Program-made: the position numbers and the translations under genes
Part shown: piece after piece, positions 27,946 through 36,985 of the stretch
Layout: each line of letters opens with the position of its first letter
How positions within the stretch are numbered: position 1 is the stretch's first letter
From: an uncultured beta proteobacterium
GTDB taxonomy: Bacteria > Pseudomonadota > Gammaproteobacteria > Burkholderiales > Burkholderiaceae_C
Direction: 5' to 3'
NCBI GenBank assembly: GCA_903869595.1
Contig: CAIPZV010000037.1
Location: 4,600 to 68,599 of the forward strand
DNA length: 64,000 nucleotides
The notes under the pieces: model-generated
What the model saw: the letters and a program-made list of their open reading frames with translations, nothing else
What the model was told of the DNA's origin: nothing
Databases searched by the model: none

Positions 27946-29459
27946 CCGATCTTCAATTTCCTGGCGACGACAGCATTGCGGGCGTGCAGCCGCTGCTTTT
28001 CCGCGTTGCCGACCGCATGCGCCTAGAGGGCTATGTGTCGGCCCTGGTGCAAGACAATATGAGTTTGTCCCTGGTCAGCGGCTTTGACGCCATCTTGGAT
28101 CACTACGGCAAATTGCTGGTCGCCCGCCTGCGCGAAGCCGCCCCGCACATCGGCCTGGAAGTGTGCTTTCCAGCGAGTGCCGACGCGCTGATCACCCGCT
28201 TTAACGAGGTGCTGCAGGACTACTCCATCGAAGACGCGATGGGCGCCAAATTCCACAACGCCCCGCCCAAAATCTGGATCGTGCACGACGCCGGTGCGCT
28301 GCCCGACAACGAAATTCAGTTACTGGCACGCTTGGTCCAGCATTTCCCGGGCGCCAATATCCGCGTGGTCATGCTGTTTAACGCGTCCAGCCAAAAACAA
28401 AAACTGCTGGCCGCTTTTGGCCGACGCATTCTGAGCTGGGAAATCGAACCGCCCACGCCTGAACAATCCGAGGTCTTGCTGGAGCAGGCGCGCGCGCAAG
28501 GCCGCGAAGGCGTAGTCGGTGCATTGCTGCGCCAAATTAGTCCCCAGAAAAAACCGCTGCTGCATCCCATGGCCATGCCTGAGTTGGTGGCTGAACCACC
28601 GCCTGTCACACCACCTCTTGAATCTAAATCAGCCTCTGCAGCCAGCGACGAGCCCCGTGAAACACCGCCTGCAAAGCCTTCTCGCAAAATATGGCTCTGG
28701 GCGACTCTGGCAGCTGTGTTGCTTTTGGCCTGCGGCTTTGGCGTGGCTATGGTCTATGGCGTCATCCCCACCGGCGACAATGCGGTGCAGGAACTGCGCG
28801 ATTTGCTGCGTGGCGCTAGTGCCCACGCCCCACCTGCGGCAACTGCAGCCAGCAGTAGCGCGCCCGCTGCGGTGGCTTCCACGCCGCCGCCCTCTGGGCC
28901 CGATCGCAACGCCGCCGCAGCCGTAGTGTCCGCCGCACCTGTCGCGGCCACCGCGCCAATCATCGCCAGTCCCACACCCAAAGCGGCCGAAGAGGTGGAA
29001 ACCATTGTTCCCTCTTCCAGCGTCCGGCCTAAGGCAGCGGCGCCTACGCCAGAGCCCACACCGGTGGCCAAAGAACTAAAAGAGACACCCAAGGCACCCG
29101 ACGAGGCCGCAATTTCACAGAACCAGGCGGGACAAGCCTGGGTGCGTCAGATGCCCGCCGGCACCTTCCTGGTGCAGCACACCATAGTGCCCAGCTACGC
29201 CGAGGCCAATACCTGGCTGCAAGCCCACCCCAATTTGCGCCGTGCGCGCATCGTGGCCAACTACCTGCCCAACCTATCTAGCTTGCAGTACTCCGTGGTT
29301 TCCGGGCCCTTTAGTTCGCTGGCGGAGGCCAGTGCGTATGCGGATAGCCCGGGCGTGCCCAAGGACCCGCAGATCCGATCAGCACGATTTATGAAGGAAC
29401 AGTTCTCTCAAGAGAACATGGTGAGCACAGGACAAAGGCGCACGGAGAACAAGCGATGA
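27942..29459 (+). CDS. hypothetical DamX-like protein (degenerate AAA_22-like domain, TM, SPOR-like C-terminus)
   Basis: Walker-B-like IWIVHDAGAL without a Walker A; TM at about aa 250-270; Pro/Ala linker; C-terminal FLVQH...YSVVSGPFSSLAEA resembles SPOR. ATGA overlap with flhB. Confidence 0.6.
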   Translation: MTDLQFPGDDSIAGVQPLLFRVADRMRLEGYVSALVQDNMSLSLVSGFDAILDHYGKLLVARLREAAPHIGLEVCFPASADALITRFNEVLQDYSIEDAMGAKFHNAPPKIWIVHDAGALPDNEIQLLARLVQHFPGANIRVVMLFNASSQKQKLLAAFGRRILSWEIEPPTPEQSEVLLEQARAQGREGVVGALLRQISPQKKPLLHPMAMPELVAEPPPVTPPLESKSASAASDEPRETPPAKPSRKIWLWATLAAVLLLACGFGVAMVYGVIPTGDNAVQELRDLLRGASAHAPPAATAASSSAPAAVASTPPPSGPDRNAAAAVVSAAPVAATAPIIASPTPKAAEEVETIVPSSSVRPKAAAPTPEPTPVAKELKETPKAPDEAAISQNQAGQAWVRQMPAGTFLVQHTIVPSYAEANTWLQAHPNLRRARIVANYLPNLSSLQYSVVSGPFSSLAEASAYADSPGVPKDPQIRSARFMKEQFSQENMVSTGQRRTENKR

Positions 29460-29905
29460 AGGAACCAGAATTTTTTCCCAGCCATGCTCCCCACCATGTG
29501 GAGATGCCCGAGGGCAGCAATGTTGCCAAGAGTAAATCCGCGCATGTGGGCGAAGACATCCGCCGCGTTGCGAAAGACGAAAGCATTGAAGACGAAGCGT
29601 TGGAGATAGCGCCGGAGAACACTATTCTTTTGCAAACCGCCAGCGCTGCGACCAGCAATATCGTCAAGCTACCACCTCAGCAGAAGAAAGAACTCAAGAC
29701 CGTCGCGATTAAAACTACCGCGCTCGACGCTAAAGCAGGCACTGCATTGGGCCTTAGCGGCGGTGAGGACGTTTTGGAAGCGGAATTTGAAACCGAAGAA
29801 ATGGTCGAAATGGATTTCCCCGCCCGCGTGATTCAACTCAAAATTGAAAACGACGTGATTCGTGAAGAACTCAAAGCGCTCGATGCGCTCATGAAGGGCG
29901 GCTAA
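29456..29905 (+). CDS. hypothetical acidic protein
   Basis: ATGA overlap with the upstream gene; C-terminal helical MDFPARVIQLKIENDVIREEL; no family recognised. Confidence 0.65.
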   Translation: MKEPEFFPSHAPHHVEMPEGSNVAKSKSAHVGEDIRRVAKDESIEDEALEIAPENTILLQTASAATSNIVKLPPQQKKELKTVAIKTTALDAKAGTALGLSGGEDVLEAEFETEEMVEMDFPARVIQLKIENDVIREELKALDALMKGG

Positions 29906-29939
29906 ACCCCAGCCCCCGCGCCACCAAGAGGTAAGTAAT

Positions 29940-30962
29940 ATGGCCGATACCCCCAACACCCTGACACCCGACGAAGCATCCGCAATCGAGGCTATCGGCG
30001 GCGCCCCGCTGGCAGCCGCCAGCGATACCGCAGCGCACGATGAGACGACTGAGCCCGTACTGCATGAAGCATCTGGCGATGCGCAATTGCATCAGGCAGG
30101 CGAGCACGGCAACGAGGGCGGTGCGCTGCATAGCGGTGCACACGACGACCACCACGAGGCTGAGCATGCGGCGCAGGATACCCAGGACGCCGAAATGGCG
30201 GAAATGAAGTCCACCTTGCTGGACTCGGCCGAGTTGGCCAATCGGGCCGCAGGCATGGCTGCCAAAGCGGCGGGCAATATGCATGGCGCATCCACCCAGC
30301 TTATCGAAAGCTATTCGGCACAAAAGATGTACCTCATCATTGTGCTGGCCGTGTTCGGCCTGCTGATGGTGCTGGCGATGAGCGTATTTGCGTTTATGTC
30401 CTTTCGGCTGCAGCAGCGTGTGGCTCAGGCCGACGCCATGCTGATCGCAGTCGGCAAGAGGGTGATCGCGATGGACGAATCGATAGAGCTTTTTACCGGC
30501 CACGGTGAAGCCCTGCGCGAAGTGGCCAGCAAACAAGACGCCATCATCAGCGCGCAAACCAAAATCGAACTGCGCCTGGACGAAGTCATGCGCGGCGTGC
30601 AAGCCGCTGCCGACTCGATTGCCAAACCAGCCCATGACAAAGACAAGGATAAAGCGCCCGATGTCGCCAAGCTCATCAAGGACTTGGATGGCAAGCTCGC
30701 GGCCCAGGCCAGTGCTATTAGCAACCTGAGCAGCCAAGTGCGATCGGCAGGCACCCCGGCGCCGGCCCGCCCGGATCCGGCTGCGGTACGCAAAGAAGCC
30801 GAAGCCATCGTGCGCCAGCTCAAAGCCGCAGAAGCCAGCGTGAAACCGGCAACACCGGCCACCACAGCGCCCGCTGCGCCCAAAGCACCTGAAAAACCGG
30901 TGGAAAAAGTGGTGCAGTACCCGCGCATCCAAAACACCGGCAAGACGCCGGATGGCCAGTAA
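29940..30962 (+). CDS. hypothetical bitopic membrane protein with coiled coils
   Basis: Acidic/His-rich N-terminus, TM YLIIVLAVFGLLMVLAMSVFAFMSF, then a heptad-rich region. Confidence 0.7.
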   Translation: MADTPNTLTPDEASAIEAIGGAPLAAASDTAAHDETTEPVLHEASGDAQLHQAGEHGNEGGALHSGAHDDHHEAEHAAQDTQDAEMAEMKSTLLDSAELANRAAGMAAKAAGNMHGASTQLIESYSAQKMYLIIVLAVFGLLMVLAMSVFAFMSFRLQQRVAQADAMLIAVGKRVIAMDESIELFTGHGEALREVASKQDAIISAQTKIELRLDEVMRGVQAAADSIAKPAHDKDKDKAPDVAKLIKDLDGKLAAQASAISNLSSQVRSAGTPAPARPDPAAVRKEAEAIVRQLKAAEASVKPATPATTAPAAPKAPEKPVEKVVQYPRIQNTGKTPDGQ

Positions 30963-30993
30963 GCCTGGCGACCGCAAGGACTGCCGGGGCGCT

Positions 30994-32133
30994 TTAAACG
31001 CCTTCGCGCAGTCCGAATTTCTGAATTTTTTCTATCAGCGTGGTGCGCTGCACGTTCAGAATGCGTGCCGTCTGCGACACATTACCATTGGTACGGCTCA
31101 GGGCCTGAGCGATCAGATCGCGCTCGATTTCGGCGAGGCGGTGCTTCAGTGACAAACCTTCGGGCGGCAGCACCGGTAAGGCCTGGGACATAAAGGTCAT
31201 TTGCTCGACCTGATTAGGTTCGTCTTCGACCTCGCCCTCATCCTCATCCGATAATTCGTCAAACAAACCGCCTGAAGTGGGGCCATCAGCAAAAGCGCCC
31301 GAAGCCAAAGCAGGGTCTATCTGGGGCAAGTCCCCCGAGTCGGCCAGCGCTTTGTAAGCCAGCATGCCCTTGGGTAAAAGGCTCTTGGAAAAATCTTTCA
31401 ATTCCAGGCACTGCCCAGCAAACAAGGTGCTGAACCGGTCGATCAAATTAGATAATTCCCGCACGTTGCCAGGCCACTGGTAGGACTGCATGGCATAAGT
31501 GAAGTCCGGAGCGAAGGTGATGGGTTTTTCACCTGGGCCCGCGTGGTGCTTAGCAAAAAATTGCAGCAGCAAGGGCACATCGTTGGCCCGCTCGCGCAAG
31601 GGTGGCGTGTTAAGCGGCAGCACGTTCAGACGGTAATACAAGTCTTCGCGAAAACGCCCGGCGGCGATCTCGGCCTCTAGGTCGCGGTGGGTAGCAGCAA
31701 TCACGCGCACGTCAATCGGAATGGGCTTGGTACCGCCCACCGGGTCTATCACCCGCTCTTGCAGCACGCGAAGCAATTTGACTTGCAGCTCCAGCGGCAA
31801 GTCGCCAATTTCGTCTAAAAAAATAGAGCCGTTGTGGGCCAGCTCAAAACGCCCCACCCGGTCGGTCACGGCGCCGGTAAAAGCGCCCTTGCGGTGGCCA
31901 AACAGCTCGCTTTCAATCAAATCTTTGGGGATGGCCGCGCAATTAATCGGCACAAAATTGGCATTGGCCCGGTGCGACAGGTCGTGTAGCGAGCGCGCCA
32001 CAATTTCCTTGCCGGTGCCGCTCTCGCCGGTGATCAAGACGGTCGAGCTCGATGCCGCCACGACGGGCAAAAGGTCCCGGATGGCCCGAATGGCATCACT
32101 TTCACCAATAAAATTGAGAGCGTTTCGCGACAT
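30994..32133 (-). CDS. fleQ: sigma54-dependent activator, FleQ-like, lacking an N-terminal regulatory domain
   Basis: [28 protein letters not shown] and a C-terminal Fis HTH; starts directly at the AAA+ domain. Gene name assigned from flagellar context. Confidence 0.8.
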   Translation of the reverse strand: MSRNALNFIGESDAIRAIRDLLPVVAASSSTVLITGESGTGKEIVARSLHDLSHRANANFVPINCAAIPKDLIESELFGHRKGAFTGAVTDRVGRFELAHNGSIFLDEIGDLPLELQVKLLRVLQERVIDPVGGTKPIPIDVRVIAATHRDLEAEIAAGRFREDLYYRLNVLPLNTPPLRERANDVPLLLQFFAKHHAGPGEKPITFAPDFTYAMQSYQWPGNVRELSNLIDRFSTLFAGQCLELKDFSKSLLPKGMLAYKALADSGDLPQIDPALASGAFADGPTSGGLFDELSDEDEGEVEDEPNQVEQMTFMSQALPVLPPEGLSLKHRLAEIERDLIAQALSRTNGNVSQTARILNVQRTTLIEKIQKFGLREGV

Positions 32134-32323
32134 GGAACCTTGTGTGGGACCGCCCCCGCGCCCCGAAAAGGGCGCCCTTATTGGGGCCTGACGCCAAAAT
32201 CATACCAGTAAGTGTCATTTTTCAGACAGTACACATGTGTTTTTTTACATTTTTCATGGTTTGTTTCACAAATTACACGAATTACCGGTGCTAAGTATGC
32301 TTTTTTAAGCAAATCAGGCTAGT

Positions 32324-32339
32324 TGGTACGCAAACTGCA
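32324..32339 (+). promoter_or_regulatory. putative sigma54 promoter upstream of the Sel1/J-domain module
   Basis: TGGTACGCAAACTGCA with GG-N10-GC spacing, 71 nt upstream of the GTG start. Confidence 0.6.
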
Positions 32340-32410
32340 TAATCAAGATGAACACGAGGCCGCCGGCTTGTCCAAGCCCGGACCTGGTGCCCAACCCTTA
32401 GACCACAGGC

Positions 32411-33742
32411 GTGACCGACCTCGCTCCCGATTTACAACTTGCCGCCCTCACCAATCTGGGCCTGATGTACGCCCAAGGCCATGGGGTGGAGCAGGATTTC
32501 GTGCGCGCGCTGGACTGCTACCGCCAGGCCGCCGAACATGGCGTGCCGCAGGCCCAATCGAATCTGGCGGTAATGTATGCCCATGGCCAGGGCGTGCAAC
32601 AAGATTTTGCGCAGGCCCACAAGTGGTACCAGGCTGCCGCCGAACAAGGCCTGCCCTATGCCCAAACCAATCTGGCGGTGATGTACGCCAACGGCCAGGG
32701 CGCGGCGCGGGACTACCAGCAAGCCCTCAAGTGGTACCAAGCAGCAGCCGAGCAAGGCGACACCAGCGCCCAGCGCGGCCTGGGCGTGATGTATGCCAAC
32801 GGTCAGGGCGTACCGCAGGATTTCGGGCTGGCCTTGCAGTGCTATCAAAGTGGCGCCGCTGCGGGCGACGCCGCTGCCCAGTACGGCATGGGCGTGATGT
32901 ACGCCAACGGACACGGCGTAGCGCAAGACTTAAAGCAAGCTTGCCACTGGTACCAGCTGGCCGCTGCCCAAAACCACTTGCACGCTTTGTTCAATTTGGG
33001 CTTTTTGTATTCCAATGGCCAGGGCATGGCGGCGGACTTGGGCAAAGCCCTGGATTGCTATGAGCGCGCCGCCGCGCTGGGCGATGCCGCCGCGCAGTAC
33101 AACCTCGGCGTGCTTTACAGCAGCGGCCAAGGCACTGACCTGAATACCGAAAAAGCGCTGCATTGGTACCAAAAAGCCGCCGAACAAGGCGATGCCGCAG
33201 CGCAATTCAACCTGGGCCTGATGTACGCCACCGGCCAGGGCGTGGCGCAAGACGATGCGGCGGCACTGGCCTGGTACCAATTGGCCGCCGACCAGGGCGA
33301 CGCGCAGGCCCAGTACAACCTGGGCGTGATGATTGCCAATGGCCAAGGAACCTTGGCCAGCCGCACCGTGGCCATGCAATGGCTGCAACTTGCCGCCGAC
33401 CAGGGCGATGCGCTGGCCTGGTACAACTTAGGCGCCCTCTACCAGGAAGGCGCGGACCAGGCACCGGATTACCAACGCGCCTTACAGTGCTACCGCAAAG
33501 CGGCCCAGGGCGGCCAGGCCGATGCCCAAGCCGCACTCGGTTGGTTGTACGCCAACGGCATGGGCGTGCTGCAAGACTATGTGCGCGCCCATATGTGGTT
33601 TAACGTGGGCGCGGTCAGCGGCCATGCGCAAGCGGCTAGCGGACGCGAGTTTGTGGCCCAGCAAATGGCACCGATGCAAATCGCGCAAGCGCAAGACCTG
33701 GCGCGTAAATGCATACAGGAACAATTTGCTGGCTTTGACTAG
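32411..33742 (+). CDS. Sel1-like repeat protein (11 repeats), no signal peptide
   Basis: 36-aa units AQxNLGxMYANGQGVxQDxxxAxxWYxxAAxQG. Confidence 0.9.
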   Translation: MTDLAPDLQLAALTNLGLMYAQGHGVEQDFVRALDCYRQAAEHGVPQAQSNLAVMYAHGQGVQQDFAQAHKWYQAAAEQGLPYAQTNLAVMYANGQGAARDYQQALKWYQAAAEQGDTSAQRGLGVMYANGQGVPQDFGLALQCYQSGAAAGDAAAQYGMGVMYANGHGVAQDLKQACHWYQLAAAQNHLHALFNLGFLYSNGQGMAADLGKALDCYERAAALGDAAAQYNLGVLYSSGQGTDLNTEKALHWYQKAAEQGDAAAQFNLGLMYATGQGVAQDDAAALAWYQLAADQGDAQAQYNLGVMIANGQGTLASRTVAMQWLQLAADQGDALAWYNLGALYQEGADQAPDYQRALQCYRKAAQGGQADAQAALGWLYANGMGVLQDYVRAHMWFNVGAVSGHAQAASGREFVAQQMAPMQIAQAQDLARKCIQEQFAGFD

Positions 33743-33789
33743 GCTGCCTGCCGGTCACGCAGCAAAGCCCTTGCGCTAGCGCCCCGCCT

Positions 33790-35073
33790 ATGCTCTCTTC
33801 CTCCTCGGACTCCGACTACCAGGCCTACTTTGCCGATGCCGCCAGCGCCGTGCAATCGGTGCTGGCCGCTGCGCGCCAGCAAGTGGTGTGCGCACTGGCG
33901 CGCGACTGCAGCCGCCATTGGTTTGAGCTGCTGCTTCAGGTGGCGCGACGCGGCGTGGCGCTGCGTCTGTTGGTACCGGACACCGCGGCCAATCGCCAGT
34001 CCGCCATCGCCTGGGAACGCATCAGTGCCTTAGGTGCCGAACTGGTTTGGCTGGACAGCAGCGCGCCGATTTTGCAAACCCCGGTGTGCGTGGTCGATGG
34101 GCATACGGTACTTAGCGGCGCCATTACCGAATTGAGCACCGTGGCACGCGAAGACTTTGCCGGCGTGGTGCGGCAAAGCGACTTGGGTCTGGCAGCACGC
34201 TGCCTGCAAGGGCTGGACGCGATGGCGCCACATGTCGCAGCCCTAGCCGAAGCCGAAACAATCGCGCAAACCGCCAACGGCCATGCTTTGGTCCTCAGCG
34301 CCGACCTGCAAGCCCGCACCGCCGCTTGGCAAAGCGAACTCTTGCAATGCCAGAGCCTGGCGCTGCAAGCCGAGTTAGATGAAATGCAGCGCAGCATGCA
34401 AAGTTTTGAAAGGCAGCAGGACGCGGCCATTGGCGATTTGCTACGCGAGTTTTTGGATCTCAAGCGCCAGTACCTGGCCCAGATGCACGCGCGCTTTGGT
34501 GGTGCAGAGCGCGGAGACCAAGCGCGCGAGGCCGATGAAAGTTTTAGCCGCTACACCGAAAGCCACCCGGACGACGAGCACCTAGATGCACCGCCCGAAC
34601 TAGACATCCAAGCGCAACAAGAACTCAAACGCCTCTACCGCAAACTAGCCATGCAATGCCACCCGGACCGCGTGGACTCGGCCCAAGACAAGCAACATGC
34701 ACAGGCTTTGTTCCAGCGTCTGCAACGCAGTTACCAAGCCAGCGATATGCGCGGCCTGCAAAAGCTGCAAGCCCAGTTAGAACTAGGCCAGGACGCCAGT
34801 AGCGCGCGCGCACCAGGCGCCGCCTCAGCGACCCGCCGCGCCCCGGCGCAATGGGCGATGGAGCTGAGCGCGCTGCAAAGTACCCTGGCGCAGCAACAGG
34901 CGCAGCGCCTCGAGATTTTGCAAAGCGCCACCTGGCGCACGCTGGTAAGCCAAAGTCGTTGGGACTTGTGGTTTGCGCAGCAGGCCAAGCACCTGGAAAC
35001 CGAAGTGGCGCGCTACCGCGAAGCGCTGCAAGAGGCGCCAGCCCAAGACCCTGCGCAGATTCAGCAAGGCTAA
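33790..35073 (+). CDS. PLD-like (degenerate) domain, coiled coil and J-domain protein
   Basis: J-domain core LKRLYRKLAMQCHPDRV...FQRLQRSY with HPD at about 34660; the N-terminal ~150 aa follow a PLD-like pattern but lack HxK. Confidence 0.75.
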   Translation: MLSSSSDSDYQAYFADAASAVQSVLAAARQQVVCALARDCSRHWFELLLQVARRGVALRLLVPDTAANRQSAIAWERISALGAELVWLDSSAPILQTPVCVVDGHTVLSGAITELSTVAREDFAGVVRQSDLGLAARCLQGLDAMAPHVAALAEAETIAQTANGHALVLSADLQARTAAWQSELLQCQSLALQAELDEMQRSMQSFERQQDAAIGDLLREFLDLKRQYLAQMHARFGGAERGDQAREADESFSRYTESHPDDEHLDAPPELDIQAQQELKRLYRKLAMQCHPDRVDSAQDKQHAQALFQRLQRSYQASDMRGLQKLQAQLELGQDASSARAPGAASATRRAPAQWAMELSALQSTLAQQQAQRLEILQSATWRTLVSQSRWDLWFAQQAKHLETEVARYREALQEAPAQDPAQIQQG

Positions 35074-35075
35074 GC

Positions 35076-36548
35076 ATGGGGCAGTTACAAATTTCATCCG
35101 CCGCAGGCGCACTGACACCCTTAGAGCGCAAGCGCTTGGATATGGTGGCCCACACCCTGGCCGGCTTGCACGAAACCCAGGCCCTGCAATTTTTCCGCGA
35201 CCGGCCCGCGCTCTTGGCGGCTTGCCTGCAACAGCATTACCCGCTGGACCATGCACTGATGGAGACCCTGGGCCAACGCAAAGACTGGCGCATGCTCAGC
35301 GCCAGCCGCGTGTTGCAATGGACCGACGAACTGATAGAGGCGTATACCGAAGACTGGGACTGGGAGCTGCTCAGCAAAAACCCGGCCCTGCCCTGGTCCG
35401 GCGCCTTGCTGGAGCGCTATACCGAACGCTGGAACTGGCAGTCTTTGTGTACCAACCCCGGTCTGCCCTGGAGCCAAGCGCTGCTGGAGCAATTTGTGTA
35501 TCGCTGGAACTGGGCGGTGCTCAGCCGCAACGCCGAACTGCCCTGGACGGCCGCCTTTATCGAAGCCAATGCCCACCGCTGGGACTGGACCGCTCTGAGC
35601 TGGAACACCGGCCTGCCCTGGACCGTGGGCTTGCTAGAAAACTACCGGGAGCGCTGGGACTGGACCGGCCTGAGCGCCAACACCTCGCTGCCCGGTGACG
35701 CGGCGCTGGTCGAGCGCTTTGCCCAGCACTGGCAGTGGACTTGGCTGAGCGCCAACCCCAGCTTGCGCTGGAGCGAAGCACTTATCACGCGCTATGCCGC
35801 GCAATGGGACTGGGAGGCCTTAAGTAGCCAAGCGCAATTGCCCTGGAGCCCGGAGCTGATCGCGCGCCATGCCGAACTGTGGGACTGGAGCGCTTTAAGC
35901 GCCAACCCGCACCTACCTTGGACCCCGGAGCTATTGCACGCCTGGCCCGCACGCTGGGATAGCGCCGCCCTCTGGCGCAACCCGGCGTTGCCCTGGCGCG
36001 AACTGCTGGTTACATGGAGCGAGTCGGCCTGGCTGCAAGCGCCGCAACCACGGGCCCCTCCCGCACCCCTGCAAGCCTGGGACTGGGACGGCTTGAGCGA
36101 AAACCCGGCGCTGCCTTGGAGTGCGGCGCTGCTAGAAGCCTTGCAAGACCAATGTGACTGGGACCGCCTAAGCTGGAACCCGGGCCTGCCCTGGGACGGC
36201 GATTTACTCGCGCAATTCACCCGCGACTGGGACTGGAGCGGCCCCAGCAGCAGCGCCACCCTGCCCTGGAGCGGCGCGCTGCTCGCGCAACATGCCGACG
36301 ATTGGGACTGGGAACGCCTGAGCGCCAACGCGGCTATTGCCTGGTCTGAGGACCTGCTGGCGCCTTACGCCGATCGGCTGAACTGGGCCACCCTGAGCGC
36401 GCAAGCCACCCTGCCCTGGAGCACCGCTTTCTACCTGCGCTTTGACGCGCACTGGTTTCCCAGCCTGGTGGCGCAGCACCAAGGGCTCAATATCCACCAC
36501 TTGAGCAGCGACGACATCACGACACTGTTGCAGGAAAAGCCGTCATAA
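35076..36548 (+). CDS. Trp-rich 25-aa tandem repeat protein (15 units)
   Basis: Units WDWxxLSxNxxLPWxxxLLxxxxxx; ATG 2 nt after the upstream stop. Confidence 0.85.
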   Translation: MGQLQISSAAGALTPLERKRLDMVAHTLAGLHETQALQFFRDRPALLAACLQQHYPLDHALMETLGQRKDWRMLSASRVLQWTDELIEAYTEDWDWELLSKNPALPWSGALLERYTERWNWQSLCTNPGLPWSQALLEQFVYRWNWAVLSRNAELPWTAAFIEANAHRWDWTALSWNTGLPWTVGLLENYRERWDWTGLSANTSLPGDAALVERFAQHWQWTWLSANPSLRWSEALITRYAAQWDWEALSSQAQLPWSPELIARHAELWDWSALSANPHLPWTPELLHAWPARWDSAALWRNPALPWRELLVTWSESAWLQAPQPRAPPAPLQAWDWDGLSENPALPWSAALLEALQDQCDWDRLSWNPGLPWDGDLLAQFTRDWDWSGPSSSATLPWSGALLAQHADDWDWERLSANAAIAWSEDLLAPYADRLNWATLSAQATLPWSTAFYLRFDAHWFPSLVAQHQGLNIHHLSSDDITTLLQEKPS

Positions 36549-36592
36549 AACGAGCCCATGGCGTCCAACAAATGTAAAAAACGCGGTTTGGA

Positions 36593-36608
36593 AGGCACAA
36601 AACTTGCG
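36593..36608 (+). promoter_or_regulatory. putative sigma54 promoter upstream of the small ORFs and large Sel1 gene
   Basis: AGGCACAAAACTTGCG matches GGCAC-N5-TTGC exactly. Confidence 0.7.
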
Positions 36609-36704
36609 TAACCGTCCAGATGTAGCGCCTGTAACTTCATCGGGCGTCAAAAAAACCATTGAAAAGCGCCAAAGCCTGTTGCCAGGGCGCACGAGGAAAT
36701 TGCC

Positions 36705-36920
36705 ATGACCGAGGTGAAACACCAGCCCAGCCAAGCCCAGCATCTGGAGGCGGCAGCCCATCCCGCGCGCGGCCCGTCCACCCAATGGCTGGCTGAATCC
36801 ACGCTGGTGGTTTCGCGCCAGGCGCATGTGCCGCACGGGCAAAAACTCTATGCCGTGGAGCACCAGGCCCACCCAGTACAGCACCAGGCCCTTCCCATGC
36901 TGAGCCAACACCAGGAATGA
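36705..36920 (+). CDS. small His/Gln-rich hypothetical protein (71 aa)
   Basis: GAGGA RBS before ATG; downstream of the sigma54 motif; stop overlaps the next ATG. Confidence 0.5.
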   Translation: MTEVKHQPSQAQHLEAAAHPARGPSTQWLAESTLVVSRQAHVPHGQKLYAVEHQAHPVQHQALPMLSQHQE

Positions 36921-36985
36921 GTTTGCCCCGCGCCTTCCCCCAAGCCTGTGCGCCGCTAGCGCATGCGGTGGGAGTGCGCGCATGA
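36917..36985 (+). CDS. possible 22-aa coupling peptide MSLPRAFPQACAPLAHAVGVRA
   Basis: ATGA overlaps at both ends (36917-36920 and 36982-36985); below the ORF-track length cutoff. Confidence 0.3.
   Translation: MSLPRAFPQACAPLAHAVGVRA

Noticed and set aside
29889-30977. Long antisense or alternative-frame ORFs (e.g. 29889-30977, 22461-23438, 55985-57163, 8977-10029)
   Set aside because: They are shadows of recognisable genes in GC-rich DNA, with no motifs or RBS support.
32348-32401. Upstream in-frame ATG for the first Sel1 gene, suggesting a pseudogene
   Set aside because: It is closed by TAG after 17 codons, has no signal-peptide character, and lies at or before the expected start site of the 32324 promoter.
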